Shown here piece by piece: positions 28,341 through 38,465 of a stretch of DNA of 64,000 nucleotides. Where the stretch lies: NCBI RefSeq assembly GCF_003991155.1, contig NZ_CP031294.1; one strand, written 5' to 3'. How positions within the stretch are numbered: the first letter of the stretch is position 1; each line of letters opens with the position of its first letter. The stretch is from Escherichia coli (lineage in GTDB: Bacteria > Pseudomonadota > Gammaproteobacteria > Enterobacterales > Enterobacteriaceae). The translations under genes and the position numbers were made by a program. The notes below the pieces were generated by a model, which ran no database searches, was not told where the DNA came from, and saw only the letters and a list, made by a program, of their open reading frames with translations.

Positions 28341-29915
28341 TCACTCGTTCTCTTGAGTAGATGAGTCCCCATTCCCTCGGGGTTGATCTTGCCCGCTTTC
28401 TTGGGCTGCACCACGATCATAAGTAAGTACTGACTTATTTTCAAGGGTATTTAGATCATTTTTTGGAGGAAAATTCAAGAGATCTTTATCAAATTCCTTT
28501 TTCATCGCCTCAGTAATGTTCGGGAAAATCTTCTCAATAAGCATTTCCATCTGGTGACGACGTACAGAGTCCGGTGCCTGAAGTAATGACAGTTTCTCGG
28601 CAACAGAAAATTCATCAGTAAGGCCACGAATATCGAAACTTTCTGGATATGCAATTAAAGAGTGGTCTTCGTCCAGATCTACCCCCATCCATTTCGCAAC
28701 CAGTAGCATGATTTGGCGTTCAGCCCTTTCCAGACGCTCTGCTTTTGTGACAAGCAAGCTATTTACACGCTGGAAGTCATACATTTTTGCGGCACCAGAT
28801 GAATTATCGATTCCCTGTGCGTTGTCCTGCTTCGTTCGCTCACCAGCTACACCAACTGAATGGTAGATTTCGTTAATCACCGTCTTAATCGTAGTGATGA
28901 TCATCTGAGCTTGTTTCGGGTCTGGTGACAGATAAAACGGCTGGTTTCCACCTTCAGAATCGTAGGTGAAGACTCGCTTTGTGCCCATTTCAAGCACTTT
29001 AGTGTGGTTTTCATCACCAGGTAAAAGCGACTGTACCGGTATAGCCAACTGGCTAAATGTCTGATCCTGAATAATGGCATCAAGGTTTGACAGATAGTTT
29101 GCAACCGCACGATCAAGATAAGCGATATCATCGATCAACGATGGGCTGAAATACGGTGATTCACTTTCTCCAATACAATCAACAGGAAACACAGGAACTA
29201 CGCCGAGATTATGCTCACCGCTATCCTCTAAAATAACTTTTGCCTGACGGCGACCTGCTCCACCAGCGCCCTTCTTCACTTCCTCACGGAACAGATACCA
29301 CTCGTTTTGTGTCCACAGACGATAACGTTGGTATTCCTGACCTGTAGAAGTAAAAGGATCTGCGTCATCACGAGCGACTTCCACAATTAACGCCCACAAC
29401 ATATTCCCGTCGTCGTCCCATGCCACATCCAGCATTTGCTGAGGTGAAATCCAGTAGGCGTAGGCGCGAGCATCTTTCTTTTTCTCGTCAGCTACTGACT
29501 CAACATCACCACTCATCGTGCTATCGACAACAACCCATATGCGACCGTAAATAGACGACTGCAAATCAATAGCGGCCATAAATGAGTCAATAGAGGCATT
29601 CTGGCGAGTCGCACGTTTCCAGAAATTGCGGATCTGCTCTGGTGCCTCTTCGATATTTCTATGAATGTCTTCTTTAAAGAGATATTTGTTGATGAGGTTT
29701 ACCACCTCACGAGTGTGGTTGAAGCGATAAGCACGTTCAACTCGCTCCTTAAACTCCTGATCTCCCTCTTTAAAGTAACGAAAGATATTGTCTGTAAACC
29801 AACCACGCCCGCCAGCGTAAGTGCTGGCGAGGAAGTCCCAATGTTCTTTTTTCTTTTCGTATTCCGGGTGGCGTCGCGCCACCAGATCCTTAATTTGTTT
29901 GTCGTTCAATTCCAT
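28341..29915 (-). CDS. portal protein
   Basis: The 524-aa ORF lies immediately downstream of the large terminase. Size and position are typical. Confidence 0.7.
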   Translation of the reverse strand: MELNDKQIKDLVARRHPEYEKKKEHWDFLASTYAGGRGWFTDNIFRYFKEGDQEFKERVERAYRFNHTREVVNLINKYLFKEDIHRNIEEAPEQIRNFWKRATRQNASIDSFMAAIDLQSSIYGRIWVVVDSTMSGDVESVADEKKKDARAYAYWISPQQMLDVAWDDDGNMLWALIVEVARDDADPFTSTGQEYQRYRLWTQNEWYLFREEVKKGAGGAGRRQAKVILEDSGEHNLGVVPVFPVDCIGESESPYFSPSLIDDIAYLDRAVANYLSNLDAIIQDQTFSQLAIPVQSLLPGDENHTKVLEMGTKRVFTYDSEGGNQPFYLSPDPKQAQMIITTIKTVINEIYHSVGVAGERTKQDNAQGIDNSSGAAKMYDFQRVNSLLVTKAERLERAERQIMLLVAKWMGVDLDEDHSLIAYPESFDIRGLTDEFSVAEKLSLLQAPDSVRRHQMEMLIEKIFPNITEAMKKEFDKDLLNFPPKNDLNTLENKSVLTYDRGAAQESGQDQPRGNGDSSTQENE

Positions 29916-29941
29916 TTGAATAACCTTAGATAATTACTTAC

Positions 29942-31198
29942 CTATCGAGAACCACCAAGAATAACACGGTTTTTGACTGGATACCTACGATGTACTGGAT
30001 AGCCCAATGCGTCTGCACTATGCTCAATGCCACCTGTCTTATCCATATCTCGTGTTCCAGGCTTGTAGATGACTTTTTCCAGTGAATCAATCAAATGCTT
30101 GCACTTCGGATCGATATACAGCCGGATATCTCCAGATGCGGTCATCAGCATTCGGTTAACAGCATTAACACGATCCGCAATTGGCGGGTGCTTTTTCGAA
30201 TAATCGACACGTAAGAATCCCTTCTCTTTGAATATGTCGACGTCAGACTCCCCGCGAGCATGTTGGCGATAAGCACCTGCCGGATCTGGAAATACCGTTA
30301 TCTGTGATTTCCAGCGCCAGAAGCGTCTCTCAAGCTCATCACAAACCTCTGCCGTGTTAGAGGAAAAGAGCACCAATTCATCAATTGCCCATAGCTCACC
30401 ATTTGGCTGAGGTTGCAAAATTACTGAAGACATCGGGTCAATGTTGAAGTCCTGCCCTACCCATATAGGCAACCGAGGGTTGAACTGAAGCGGTTTTACA
30501 TGCACGTTACGATCGAACGGGTAGTAAACGCGCCCGGACATGTTCTCAAAGCTCGCCAGGTACTCCTGAGCGAACGATTTCGGGTCCATATCGTTCTTAG
30601 CAGCTTCAATTTCCGCCGTAGGTACAAACGGAGAATCGGCAGTTACAAACTGCCAGCTCTTCCACTGTCCCTTTCTTTGCAGCTCTACGTTCTGGCCTAT
30701 AGTCCACAGTTTGTGAAATTCCGAGAAGCCTTTTGGCGTACCAATGATCAGTGCACCGCCGCGTGTCGATGAAAGAGTAGGTCGTAACACCTTGTACCAG
30801 GTGTCAGCCTTCATATCCTGAAATTCATCAAGCACTACAAAATGCAACGCTACGCCGCGCAGAGTGTCAGGCTTATCAGCACCTTTGAGGGCGATCTCCG
30901 AACCGTTCTTCAACACGATTGTCATCGTGGTGTCGTTCTTTTTCCTAACCCACTTACGAGGCAGAACTTCCTGTAGATCGTCCCACAAAATCTGGCGAGC
31001 CATCTGGTAAGTAGGAGCGACATACCAGACTCTTTGCTTTTTTTCCTTTGCCGCCGCACGAATAATAGTGGAGATCGACAACCGGGATTTTCCCCAGCGT
31101 CGACCAGCACAAACAACTTTAAATCGATGCGGAGACTGGAAGACTTTCATCTGTCCAGAATGCAGTTGCACAAGACTGAGCGAGGACGGGATTGCCAT
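29942..31198 (-). CDS. terminase large subunit
   Basis: The 418-aa product has an N-terminal ATPase region (…GRRWGKSRLS…, a Walker A-like GKS, and …VLDEFQDM…, a Walker B-like hhhhDE) and a C-terminal acidic nuclease-like region. It is coupled to the upstream small subunit by ATGA overlap. Confidence 0.8.
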   Translation of the reverse strand: MAIPSSLSLVQLHSGQMKVFQSPHRFKVVCAGRRWGKSRLSISTIIRAAAKEKKQRVWYVAPTYQMARQILWDDLQEVLPRKWVRKKNDTTMTIVLKNGSEIALKGADKPDTLRGVALHFVVLDEFQDMKADTWYKVLRPTLSSTRGGALIIGTPKGFSEFHKLWTIGQNVELQRKGQWKSWQFVTADSPFVPTAEIEAAKNDMDPKSFAQEYLASFENMSGRVYYPFDRNVHVKPLQFNPRLPIWVGQDFNIDPMSSVILQPQPNGELWAIDELVLFSSNTAEVCDELERRFWRWKSQITVFPDPAGAYRQHARGESDVDIFKEKGFLRVDYSKKHPPIADRVNAVNRMLMTASGDIRLYIDPKCKHLIDSLEKVIYKPGTRDMDKTGGIEHSADALGYPVHRRYPVKNRVILGGSR

Positions 31199-31830
31199 TA
31201 TTCGTCCTCCCCTTCACTTCCATCATCTGTCGCATCAAATTCGCTTAGAGCTTCTTCTTCCAACGTCTCAAGCAATTCGTCATCGATGATTTCAGGCTCG
31301 TCGTCTTCCTGACGTAATTTCGCCACCTGGGAAGGCGTAAGCTCACCAAATACCAGGTTCGGAATTTCTTCCTCGTCATTTTCCGCATGATCCATGCCCA
31401 ATGCTTTGGACGAAACTTCAAAGCATTTTGCAAGGGTATTACTGGCTCTCTGTAAGCTCTTGAGAGAATCCTCAATCGCCCCTAAAGGCTTACCCTCACG
31501 TTTGGCCGTAGTGACTTCGACCATCACCATCTGCCCCAACGCATACGCCCAGCCGTCATAACGTGTACGACGTTCTTCTATCTTTTCCGCACGGGCTTTA
31601 GCGCGAAGCTCTGCGTCAGATTTAAGAGACTCACGAACCATCTTCCCAACAGAGTCCGCGCCTTTCTCTAATCCTCGCTTTTTGAAATGTCTGGAGAGTG
31701 TTTCACGACGAATGCCGTACTCTTCCTCCAGCTTTGAGAGTGTATATTCGCCTGACGTCCATTTGGCTTCAGCTTCGGCCCACTCCGCTGGTGTCAGGCG
31801 AGTTTTTACCTCGTCTTTTTCGACCGTCAT
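31198..31830 (-). CDS. terminase small subunit candidate (N-terminal HTH)
   Basis: The 210-aa product has an N-terminal helix-turn-helix-like region LSKLEEEYGIRRETLSRHFKKRG and an acidic C-terminus. It lies immediately upstream of the large subunit. Confidence 0.55.
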   Translation of the reverse strand: MTVEKDEVKTRLTPAEWAEAEAKWTSGEYTLSKLEEEYGIRRETLSRHFKKRGLEKGADSVGKMVRESLKSDAELRAKARAEKIEERRTRYDGWAYALGQMVMVEVTTAKREGKPLGAIEDSLKSLQRASNTLAKCFEVSSKALGMDHAENDEEEIPNLVFGELTPSQVAKLRQEDDEPEIIDDELLETLEEEALSEFDATDDGSEGEDE

Positions 31831-31966
31831 AGATCCCTCTAAAACACACAGAGCGCGTCCATGCGCTCTAAAACAACTTGTTTACTGCATCTGCTAACCA
31901 ACTTGTTTTCTGGGGTGTTTAATTAGGTCTGGCATGTCTTACGAAGCCTGCTTCCGTATATATTTA

Positions 31967-31981
31967 ATAAGTTACTTATTA
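31967..31981. promoter_or_regulatory. perfect palindrome AATAAGTTACTTATT upstream of the terminase genes
   Basis: Read directly, in the AT-rich gap between the 88-aa gene and the small terminase gene. Confidence 0.45.
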
Positions 31982-32025
31982 TTTATATATACAGATGCAG
32001 GTCTTTAAATAAGCTCCCAGACCGA

Positions 32026-32292
32026 TTACATCACCAGTAACTTCGCTTTGGCTCGACCTAAAGTGGTTAACCCAAGAGTCCGGCGGTGATAGCGATTGTC
32101 ACTGCGTTGGCGCGTATGCCCTTTCTCCACCAGCCCCTTTTTTATCAGAGCGCGAATTGAGAACTGGATACTTTGCTTGGTTGTCTTGTACGGCAAAACT
32201 TCAAGCAATTCGTCCAGGTCAAGTAGATGACCTCGCTCATAACCGAGATTGAGCGTTTTGATGATGTCCTTTTGTTTGTCGGTTAACGTCAT
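32026..32292 (-). CDS. small winged-helix DNA-binding protein candidate
   Basis: The 88-aa product contains ...TTKQSIQFSIRALIKKGLVEKGHTRQ... (wHTH-like). It lies between the ParB-like operon and the terminase genes. Confidence 0.35.
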   Translation of the reverse strand: MTLTDKQKDIIKTLNLGYERGHLLDLDELLEVLPYKTTKQSIQFSIRALIKKGLVEKGHTRQRSDNRYHRRTLGLTTLGRAKAKLLVM

Positions 32293-32301
32293 GGCAAATC
32301 C

Positions 32302-33192
32302 TTATGCCGGTAAAGCAATTTCTAACGGTTTATCCAAAGGTTGTTTGTCGAATGCCAGCAGTGGCAGCGTGTCAGGCAGTCGACGGCCAAAGTCAGGGTT
32401 TCGGTACACACCATACAACGGAGACGTAAAGCTCAGGTTGTGAATGTCCTTGAGCAGCTTCACAATGCTGGCCTCGTCCACCAGACTGTCGGCAATGTCC
32501 TGAATCGTCGTGCCACGATTCCGCCCAGCTTTTGCCAGGGAACTGTTCTTATGGTAGTCCGCCACCAAATCGCGCAGCGCACGGCGACGACGAGACTCGC
32601 TCATAGCGAACAACTCTTTGACGATCGCCTCGTTATCACCCGGGTCGGAGCGGAAATGGCGCTGGAACACACGCAGTGCACTTTCATAGCTCTTCGGTCG
32701 CTCAGGGCGGATGAACTTAAACCCTGCTTTCATGGCGAAGGGATTGTATTTGCTCATCGAGGACTGGATCTCAATGATTGGCCGGTCATGCATCCTGCTA
32801 ACCAGGTTAATCATTCTATAAGAGACGCCTACGCCACGATACTGAGTATCCACAACTGAGCGACTGATCACCGCAAAGTTGTTATTCACGTACCGACCCC
32901 AGTACTGGTTAGCCACGGTGGTATTAGTGGTTGGTTTCAACTTAGGAAACATGCGGTGGCGAGGTGCCAACAGTAGTTTCGGGTAAGCCATAACCACGAC
33001 GCCCACCAGACGGTCATCAAGTTCGCAGCGATAGTAAGTTGGCGCGAAAGGTTTGCCGTCTGTTTTGTAGTGAAGCGACTTAAGAGCGTGCCAGTCCTCT
33101 ACAGTTCCCTTTGTAACAGTCATTCGCTCCAGAAAGTCCAGATGACGCGGAAACTCTTCAGGGCGGTAGCGTTTAATGATGATGTCCGTCAT
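32302..33192 (-). CDS. hypothetical protein (296 aa), cotranscribed with the ParB-like and ATPase genes
   Basis: ORF only. Overlap-coupled with the upstream ATPase gene. Confidence 0.4.
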   Translation of the reverse strand: MTDIIIKRYRPEEFPRHLDFLERMTVTKGTVEDWHALKSLHYKTDGKPFAPTYYRCELDDRLVGVVVMAYPKLLLAPRHRMFPKLKPTTNTTVANQYWGRYVNNNFAVISRSVVDTQYRGVGVSYRMINLVSRMHDRPIIEIQSSMSKYNPFAMKAGFKFIRPERPKSYESALRVFQRHFRSDPGDNEAIVKELFAMSESRRRRALRDLVADYHKNSSLAKAGRNRGTTIQDIADSLVDEASIVKLLKDIHNLSFTSPLYGVYRNPDFGRRLPDTLPLLAFDKQPLDKPLEIALPA

Positions 33193-33854
33193 GAATGGAC
33201 CTCATCATGACTACCATTGTGATATTCCACCTTCACGCGTTCTTTGTAGTGCTTGGTGATCTGCATATCAGGGCGCAGCGCGTTCTTCAGGTCTTCGTGA
33301 GTCGTCGCCACCATTACCGTCGCACCAACCTTTCGAGCGGCACGCTGGAGGTTAGACGCCACAACCTGAGCGGTTACACGGTCGAGAACAGCGCCGAACT
33401 CGTCAGCAGCCCATACTTTAGCGCCTGACTCAATCAGTTTGGCAATCTTGAGACGATATTTCTGGCCGTCTGACATTTCAGAAGGCTTGCGAACAAACAG
33501 ATATGCATCGTTCAGACCAGCCATAGATAACAACCCAAGCGCATCACTGGTCGTTTTGCCCAACTGATCGATGACGTTAACCTCATTATCGAAGGTAAAA
33601 TCATCGATGGAGGCTACAGACAGCCCTTCATCCTTCATCTGTCGTTGCAACTCGCGCAGCACAACGGATTTGCCGGAACCGGATTGGCCGGTGATGTACA
33701 CCACATCGCCCTGCTTCACTTCCAGCTCCAGATTGTCGTAAAGCGTCCACTCTTTTTCGTCCAGGCCAAGCCCGAACGACTCAGCGATTTCCAACGTGCG
33801 CGTGGTTTTATTTACGCGTGTCTGAAACGATACGTTGATGATGTATTTGCTCAT
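33189..33854 (-). CDS. ABC-type ATPase (Walker A GQSGSGKS, signature-like SDGQK, Walker B VWAADEFGAVLD)
   Basis: Motifs read directly from the translation. Confidence 0.6.
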   Translation of the reverse strand: MSKYIINVSFQTRVNKTTRTLEIAESFGLGLDEKEWTLYDNLELEVKQGDVVYITGQSGSGKSVVLRELQRQMKDEGLSVASIDDFTFDNEVNVIDQLGKTTSDALGLLSMAGLNDAYLFVRKPSEMSDGQKYRLKIAKLIESGAKVWAADEFGAVLDRVTAQVVASNLQRAARKVGATVMVATTHEDLKNALRPDMQITKHYKERVKVEYHNGSHDEVHS

Positions 33855-34552
33855 GCAGCCATCTCCCCGGAAGAGATCTTCTCCGCATATGCCACAAATG
33901 CGTCTACCCCGCTTTCTCCCGTCATTTCTTCCATATGGGCAAGCAAATCACCAACAACAATGGCAGAGCCAGCAGGGAGCGTTTTAAAGCCCAATACGTC
34001 GACAACACGTACTTCTTCCGCTGCAACTTCACGACTGATCTCGGTGTGTTCATCCTTCTGTCGTTTAGTTTCTTCGCCAAGATCGATAACTAGCGAGTCG
34101 GTGTCCATTTCTTCTGTCATACTGCCAACGAGAACATTCAACTCACGCTCTTCAAAGCCGAAAACCTCGATATCGTCCAGAACAAGCGACTCAAGCTCTT
34201 TCTGTAGCTTAATTGCATCGTAATCAATGCTGGCAAGTCGGTTATCTTCAAGGCGCTTCGCACGAACCTCGTCATCACTGAGATCATCGCGAACAATAAC
34301 CGGTACGCGCTCAAGTCCAGCAAAAATTGCAGCCTCACGGCGGCCGTGGCCAGTAATAATTACGTCGTTCTTATCGACCGTAATTGGCTGGTCAAATCCG
34401 CGCTTTTTAATGGCTGCGGCTAGATCTCGGATCTGCTGTTCATCATGCTTTTTGGCATTCATCTCATAGGGAATAAGATCTGCCGGGTCGCGATATACGA
34501 TTTCAAACTTTTTGGTCATTACATACGCTCCTTGTAGTAGTCGACCAGCCAC
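33851..34552 (-). CDS. ParB-like nuclease-domain protein
   Basis: The N-terminal region ...DLIPYEMNAKKHDEQQIRDLAAAIKKRGFDQPITVDKNDVIITGHGRREAAIFAGLERVPVIV carries the ParB/Srx-fold GxxRxxA motif. Confidence 0.6.
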   Translation of the reverse strand: MAGRLLQGAYVMTKKFEIVYRDPADLIPYEMNAKKHDEQQIRDLAAAIKKRGFDQPITVDKNDVIITGHGRREAAIFAGLERVPVIVRDDLSDDEVRAKRLEDNRLASIDYDAIKLQKELESLVLDDIEVFGFEERELNVLVGSMTEEMDTDSLVIDLGEETKRQKDEHTEISREVAAEEVRVVDVLGFKTLPAGSAIVVGDLLAHMEEMTGESGVDAFVAYAEKISSGEMAA

Positions 34553-35217
34553 ACCAGAGCCTCACCAGCGTTCTCCATTTCATTACCGGTGTTAATAGCC
34601 TGCTCTTTGATGATGTTTTTTATGGTTTCTGCAACACGATCTGACGCATCGAAAGTTACTTTGAAGCGCATGGTCTGATGTTCCGCACCCACACGTTCGG
34701 TTTTCTCTCGTTTGTCGGTATCGACAGGCTCATCACTACCACGAGACAACGCCTCCAGTGCTTCAAGGTCGATTGCCGCCTCTTTTGCTAAAACCATCGA
34801 GATTTCGTCGTCATACGGAGCGATTTCAGACAGTTGATAGTCAAGTTCTGACTGAATTTCTTCAATGAAGCGTTGCAATGCGATTTGGTCGTCTTCACCG
34901 TATCGCTCGTTGTCCACCAGTGACATCTGTTTAGCTACGACATCGCTAATTTTGCCCACAGAAAGCACCGGAACCGTTGAAATTCCTTGCTCAATAGCAG
35001 CACGCCAGCGATGTTCGCCGCCGAGGATTTCAAAAAATCCATCTTCAAGTTCACGAGCCAAAATTGGCTTAAAAAAGCCCAATTTTTCGATAGAACCTTT
35101 CAGTTTTTCAAAATTCTGCGCACCAACCGAATTGGTGTTCCAGGTATTCGGGCGAAGGTTGGCAACATCAACCTGCAAAATCGTGATTTTTACATCCATT
35201 TTATTGCTACAATCCAC
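34519..35217 (-). CDS. ParB-like nuclease-domain protein (second paralogue)
   Basis: ...FKPILARELEDGFFEILGGEHRWRAAIEQGISTVPVLSV shows the same motif class as the downstream gene. Confidence 0.6.
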   Translation of the reverse strand: MDCSNKMDVKITILQVDVANLRPNTWNTNSVGAQNFEKLKGSIEKLGFFKPILARELEDGFFEILGGEHRWRAAIEQGISTVPVLSVGKISDVVAKQMSLVDNERYGEDDQIALQRFIEEIQSELDYQLSEIAPYDDEISMVLAKEAAIDLEALEALSRGSDEPVDTDKREKTERVGAEHQTMRFKVTFDASDRVAETIKNIIKEQAINTGNEMENAGEALVWLVDYYKERM

Positions 35218-35281
35218 TAAGTAATCACTTACTTATTATAATAGCCAAATAACATACAAAAGGCACTAAGGAAAGAGGTTT

Positions 35282-36841
35282 ATGACTGTTCGGATTGTAT
35301 CTAACGCAGTAAATGCGCTTATTTCTGGCGCAGATGACAAGGTAAAGCAACTGGTGCAGCAAATGTTGAGCTACGAAGTCGAGACTGGCGACTGGAAGGG
35401 CACAAGCACGATGTTCAACTGGAGTAAAAACTCGTTCCCTGCTGGCTTTGCCAAGCCTGTAGCGGCGAACTTGAACAAGGCGGGCATCAAATGTGTTCAT
35501 ATCCGCAAAGACAAAGCCCCGGCGCTTGGTAAACCAAATCCTGCGGTTAACCCATTCCCATACAATCCTGATTATGCGTATCAGGATCAGACTGTGGAAA
35601 CACTGGTTCGAGAGGGAATGATGATTGCGCAGATCGCTACTGGTGGCGGGAAATCTAACGTTGCCTGCAAAGCAGCTGCACGTATCGGTCGAATGACATT
35701 ATTTTTAACAACCCGCTCTGTTCTGATGTTTCAAATGGCCGAAAACTTCCAGAGATCCATCGACTACCGCGCCGAAAATGGCGAACCGTGGTTAAAAGAC
35801 CAAAAGGTTGGAGTCATTGGCTCGGGTGAGTTCCAGGTATCACGACATATCAACGTCGCTACAGTTCAAACTCTTGCAAGTTTCCTCGAAGAACCACCAC
35901 GCGATGCAACACCAGATAAGAAAAGCTACCACCTCAAACGTCGGGAGTTGGTGAAACGCTTCCTTTCAAGTGTCTCTCTTCTTATTCTGGAAGAGGCGCA
36001 TGAGTCTTCAGGCTCAAATTTCTATGACATCGCCAGATTATGTGTGAACGCAGACTATCGTCTGGCGCTTACAGCCACGCCGTTCATGAAGGATTCGACG
36101 GAAGCCAACATGCGCCTGATGGCGGTGGCCGGGCGAATTGAAATTAAAGTCACAGAAAAGTACCTGATTGATCGAGGCATTCTGGCAAAGCCGTACTTCC
36201 TTTATCATAAAGTTGCCTACAAGCCAGACGAGGCCAGAATCAAGGCCGAACTTGCCAACAAACACCTCAATTTTAGAGTTGGTATGAGCACCGCCTACCA
36301 AAAGGCTTATCAGTTGGGGATCGTGTATAATTTGGGACGTAACGAGGCCATAGTGCGCGAGGCATTGCTTTATAAGCAACATTCACTCAACTGCATGACT
36401 CTGGTTCGTCTTAAACGCCACGGGCAAATCCTGATGGAGATGATGAAGGAGTCAGGTCTTAAAGTTGATTTCATCTATGGGGAATCTAACCAGACGACAA
36501 GGCAAGCAAAGCTGAATAGTTTAGCGTCTGGTGAAATAGATGTTTTAATAGGCTCGACTATTCTGGATGTTGGTGTTGATGTGCCAAGCGTTGGTGCGGT
36601 CATTCTTGCTGGTGGTGGGAAAGCAGAAGTTGAAATGAGACAGCGTGTCGGTCGTGGCTTACGAGCCAAAAAAAATCAGGCAAACGTGTGTTTTATCACC
36701 GATTTCATTGACATTAGCAACAAATACCTGTTGTCTCACTCTTATGAGCGAAAACACATCATCGACACCACACCTGGCTTTGCAGAAGGTGTATTGCCTA
36801 TTGATGGAGCATTCGATTTTGGAGTTCTGAAACGAGATTAG
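35282..36841 (+). CDS. DEAD/DEAH-box superfamily-2 helicase
   Basis: Walker A ATGGGKSNVA, DEAH-like LILEEAHE, SAT-like LTATP and C-terminal helicase motifs. AGGAAAGAGG RBS. Divergent from the ParB operon. Confidence 0.8.
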   Translation: MTVRIVSNAVNALISGADDKVKQLVQQMLSYEVETGDWKGTSTMFNWSKNSFPAGFAKPVAANLNKAGIKCVHIRKDKAPALGKPNPAVNPFPYNPDYAYQDQTVETLVREGMMIAQIATGGGKSNVACKAAARIGRMTLFLTTRSVLMFQMAENFQRSIDYRAENGEPWLKDQKVGVIGSGEFQVSRHINVATVQTLASFLEEPPRDATPDKKSYHLKRRELVKRFLSSVSLLILEEAHESSGSNFYDIARLCVNADYRLALTATPFMKDSTEANMRLMAVAGRIEIKVTEKYLIDRGILAKPYFLYHKVAYKPDEARIKAELANKHLNFRVGMSTAYQKAYQLGIVYNLGRNEAIVREALLYKQHSLNCMTLVRLKRHGQILMEMMKESGLKVDFIYGESNQTTRQAKLNSLASGEIDVLIGSTILDVGVDVPSVGAVILAGGGKAEVEMRQRVGRGLRAKKNQANVCFITDFIDISNKYLLSHSYERKHIIDTTPGFAEGVLPIDGAFDFGVLKRD

Positions 36842-36843
36842 TT

Positions 36844-37122
36844 ATGAGTGAAAAGAAAACAACTTACTGTCAGGTAGCATTGTCTGATAAGGCCAATGAC
36901 AAACTTGGAAAGTTTCAAGTGAAACTAAAAGAAAAAAATATCAAAATGTCTAAGGCTGAAGTCATAAATACCATTCTGGAACAATTGACAATGGCCGACT
37001 TTGACAAGGTTATATCTTCTGTCGGGGCTTCCGCTAAGACTCGTGAGAAAATCATGCGTATCTATGAGAACTCTAATATGACAAAGGAAGATCTCAAAAC
37101 GCTATTAAGCAGATTAAAATAA
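36844..37122 (+). CDS. hypothetical small protein (92 aa)
   Basis: Start overlaps the helicase stop. Confidence 0.35.
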   Translation: MSEKKTTYCQVALSDKANDKLGKFQVKLKEKNIKMSKAEVINTILEQLTMADFDKVISSVGASAKTREKIMRIYENSNMTKEDLKTLLSRLK

Positions 37123-37190
37123 TCACGCTATCAATTAGGGAGACAAAGATGAAGTCTCCCATACTGTTCACTTTCTGTTCTAAAACTATC

Positions 37191-37613
37191 ATGAAATACT
37201 CGCTTCTCCCTCTACTAACGTTACCAGTGTTGATGCTTGCCGCGTGCCAATCACACCCAATATCAATCCATGACGCCAAACCAGCACCGCAGGCCAAAGT
37301 GTTCAAGTATCAAAGCGCAGCGCCAGCTACGTTGGTGGTAATGAGAGACACAGGTTTTGTAGGAGCTGGATGTGATGCTTCCATTTTCATCAACGGCGAA
37401 ACTGTCGCAAAACTGGCTACAGGCGAAAAAGCGACTTTCCATTTAAATGCCGGAGAATTAATTGTGGGTGCATCTCTTGAAGGTGCAGGTTTATGTGCTC
37501 TAAACCCCGCTCGTCAAGAGCGAGAAACGACTCTGAAGAATGGAGACACAAAAGCGTTCAGGGTGTTTACCAGCAATTCTGGTGACATCGACATTCTGCC
37601 AACAACTCTGTGA
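37191..37613 (+). CDS. lipoprotein (signal peptide with lipobox LAAC)
   Basis: MKYSLLPLLTLPVLMLAACQSHP... The start is moved to the internal ATG, which gives a canonical lipoprotein signal sequence. Confidence 0.55.
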   Translation: MKYSLLPLLTLPVLMLAACQSHPISIHDAKPAPQAKVFKYQSAAPATLVVMRDTGFVGAGCDASIFINGETVAKLATGEKATFHLNAGELIVGASLEGAGLCALNPARQERETTLKNGDTKAFRVFTSNSGDIDILPTTL

Positions 37614-37615
37614 TG

Positions 37616-38142
37616 ACATGACAACCAAAGATATTACCTACGGTATCCAAGCTGAACTCTGGCCGCGAGATTACACTAACGTTGAAAAACTACTGATGTT
37701 CTGGCGCAGAGAACAAATTCCTGTAAGGGTCACTCTCGAAGATGGCCAGGCGTTTTGCATGTACGTTTATGGCCTCATGCCATCTCGTAACAAAGTTGAC
37801 CTTTGCCCAGCCCCTTTTGACAAAGAAAATCGTATAAGGCTCCCACTTGAACGCATTAGTACAATTGAATCAGGTGTGGTTGACAGTATCGCTCACGATT
37901 TCAAAGGTCGACTAACAGTTCACCCTGATTATGTCGATAATCGGCCATCACGCCGCGATTTTTTTGCAATTTGCAACCAAGCCTACAAAGCAAACAAATC
38001 TATAAGGGTGTACATGGCGGATGGCCGTGAAATTGAGGGGGTGTCAGCAGGCGCAGATGCTTGTCAGGTTACACTACGTGTCGAGAACGGTAGAAAAATA
38101 GTTGTTTTGTTCGATTGGGTTGAACGAATTTTGCCTTTTTGA
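37616..38142 (+). CDS. hypothetical protein (about 175 aa)
   Basis: The ORF begins MTTKDITYGIQAELWPRDY... The start is chosen at the first ATG after the lipoprotein stop. Confidence 0.4.
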
Positions 38143-38145
38143 GTT

Positions 38146-38454
38146 ATGAAATCGATATTGTTACCACCATTATTTTTACTTTGCTCAGTTGCGGCAAATG
38201 CAATGGACTATAAGCCTGTCATTCAGTCGCTGATGAATGACGTGTGCTCAACGTCTCAGAATGTATCAGTTTGCATGTATCAATTTTCGGCAGCCGTAAA
38301 AGCAGGAAAAGCGATAGGCGAGAATGTGGAACTGTGTAAGAAAGTGGCAAATGAAGAACGGGCAATGTTGGATTGCGAATCTAGCGAGTCATCGGCACAG
38401 TTCGTTGATGCGCTATTTGACACCAATCGTAAGGCTGTAGAGTCTGTTCAATAA
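38146..38454 (+). CDS. small secreted Cys-containing protein (signal peptide)
   Basis: MKSILLPPLFLLCSVAANA followed by a hydrophilic domain with four Cys. The start is 4 nt after the preceding stop. Confidence 0.5.
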   Translation: MKSILLPPLFLLCSVAANAMDYKPVIQSLMNDVCSTSQNVSVCMYQFSAAVKAGKAIGENVELCKKVANEERAMLDCESSESSAQFVDALFDTNRKAVESVQ

Positions 38455-38465
38455 ATCTATAAGGT

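Noticed and set aside
35225-35500. 91-aa minus-strand ORF overlapping the helicase start region
   Set aside because: It is antisense to the helicase N-terminus and runs through the divergent promoter region. No RBS.
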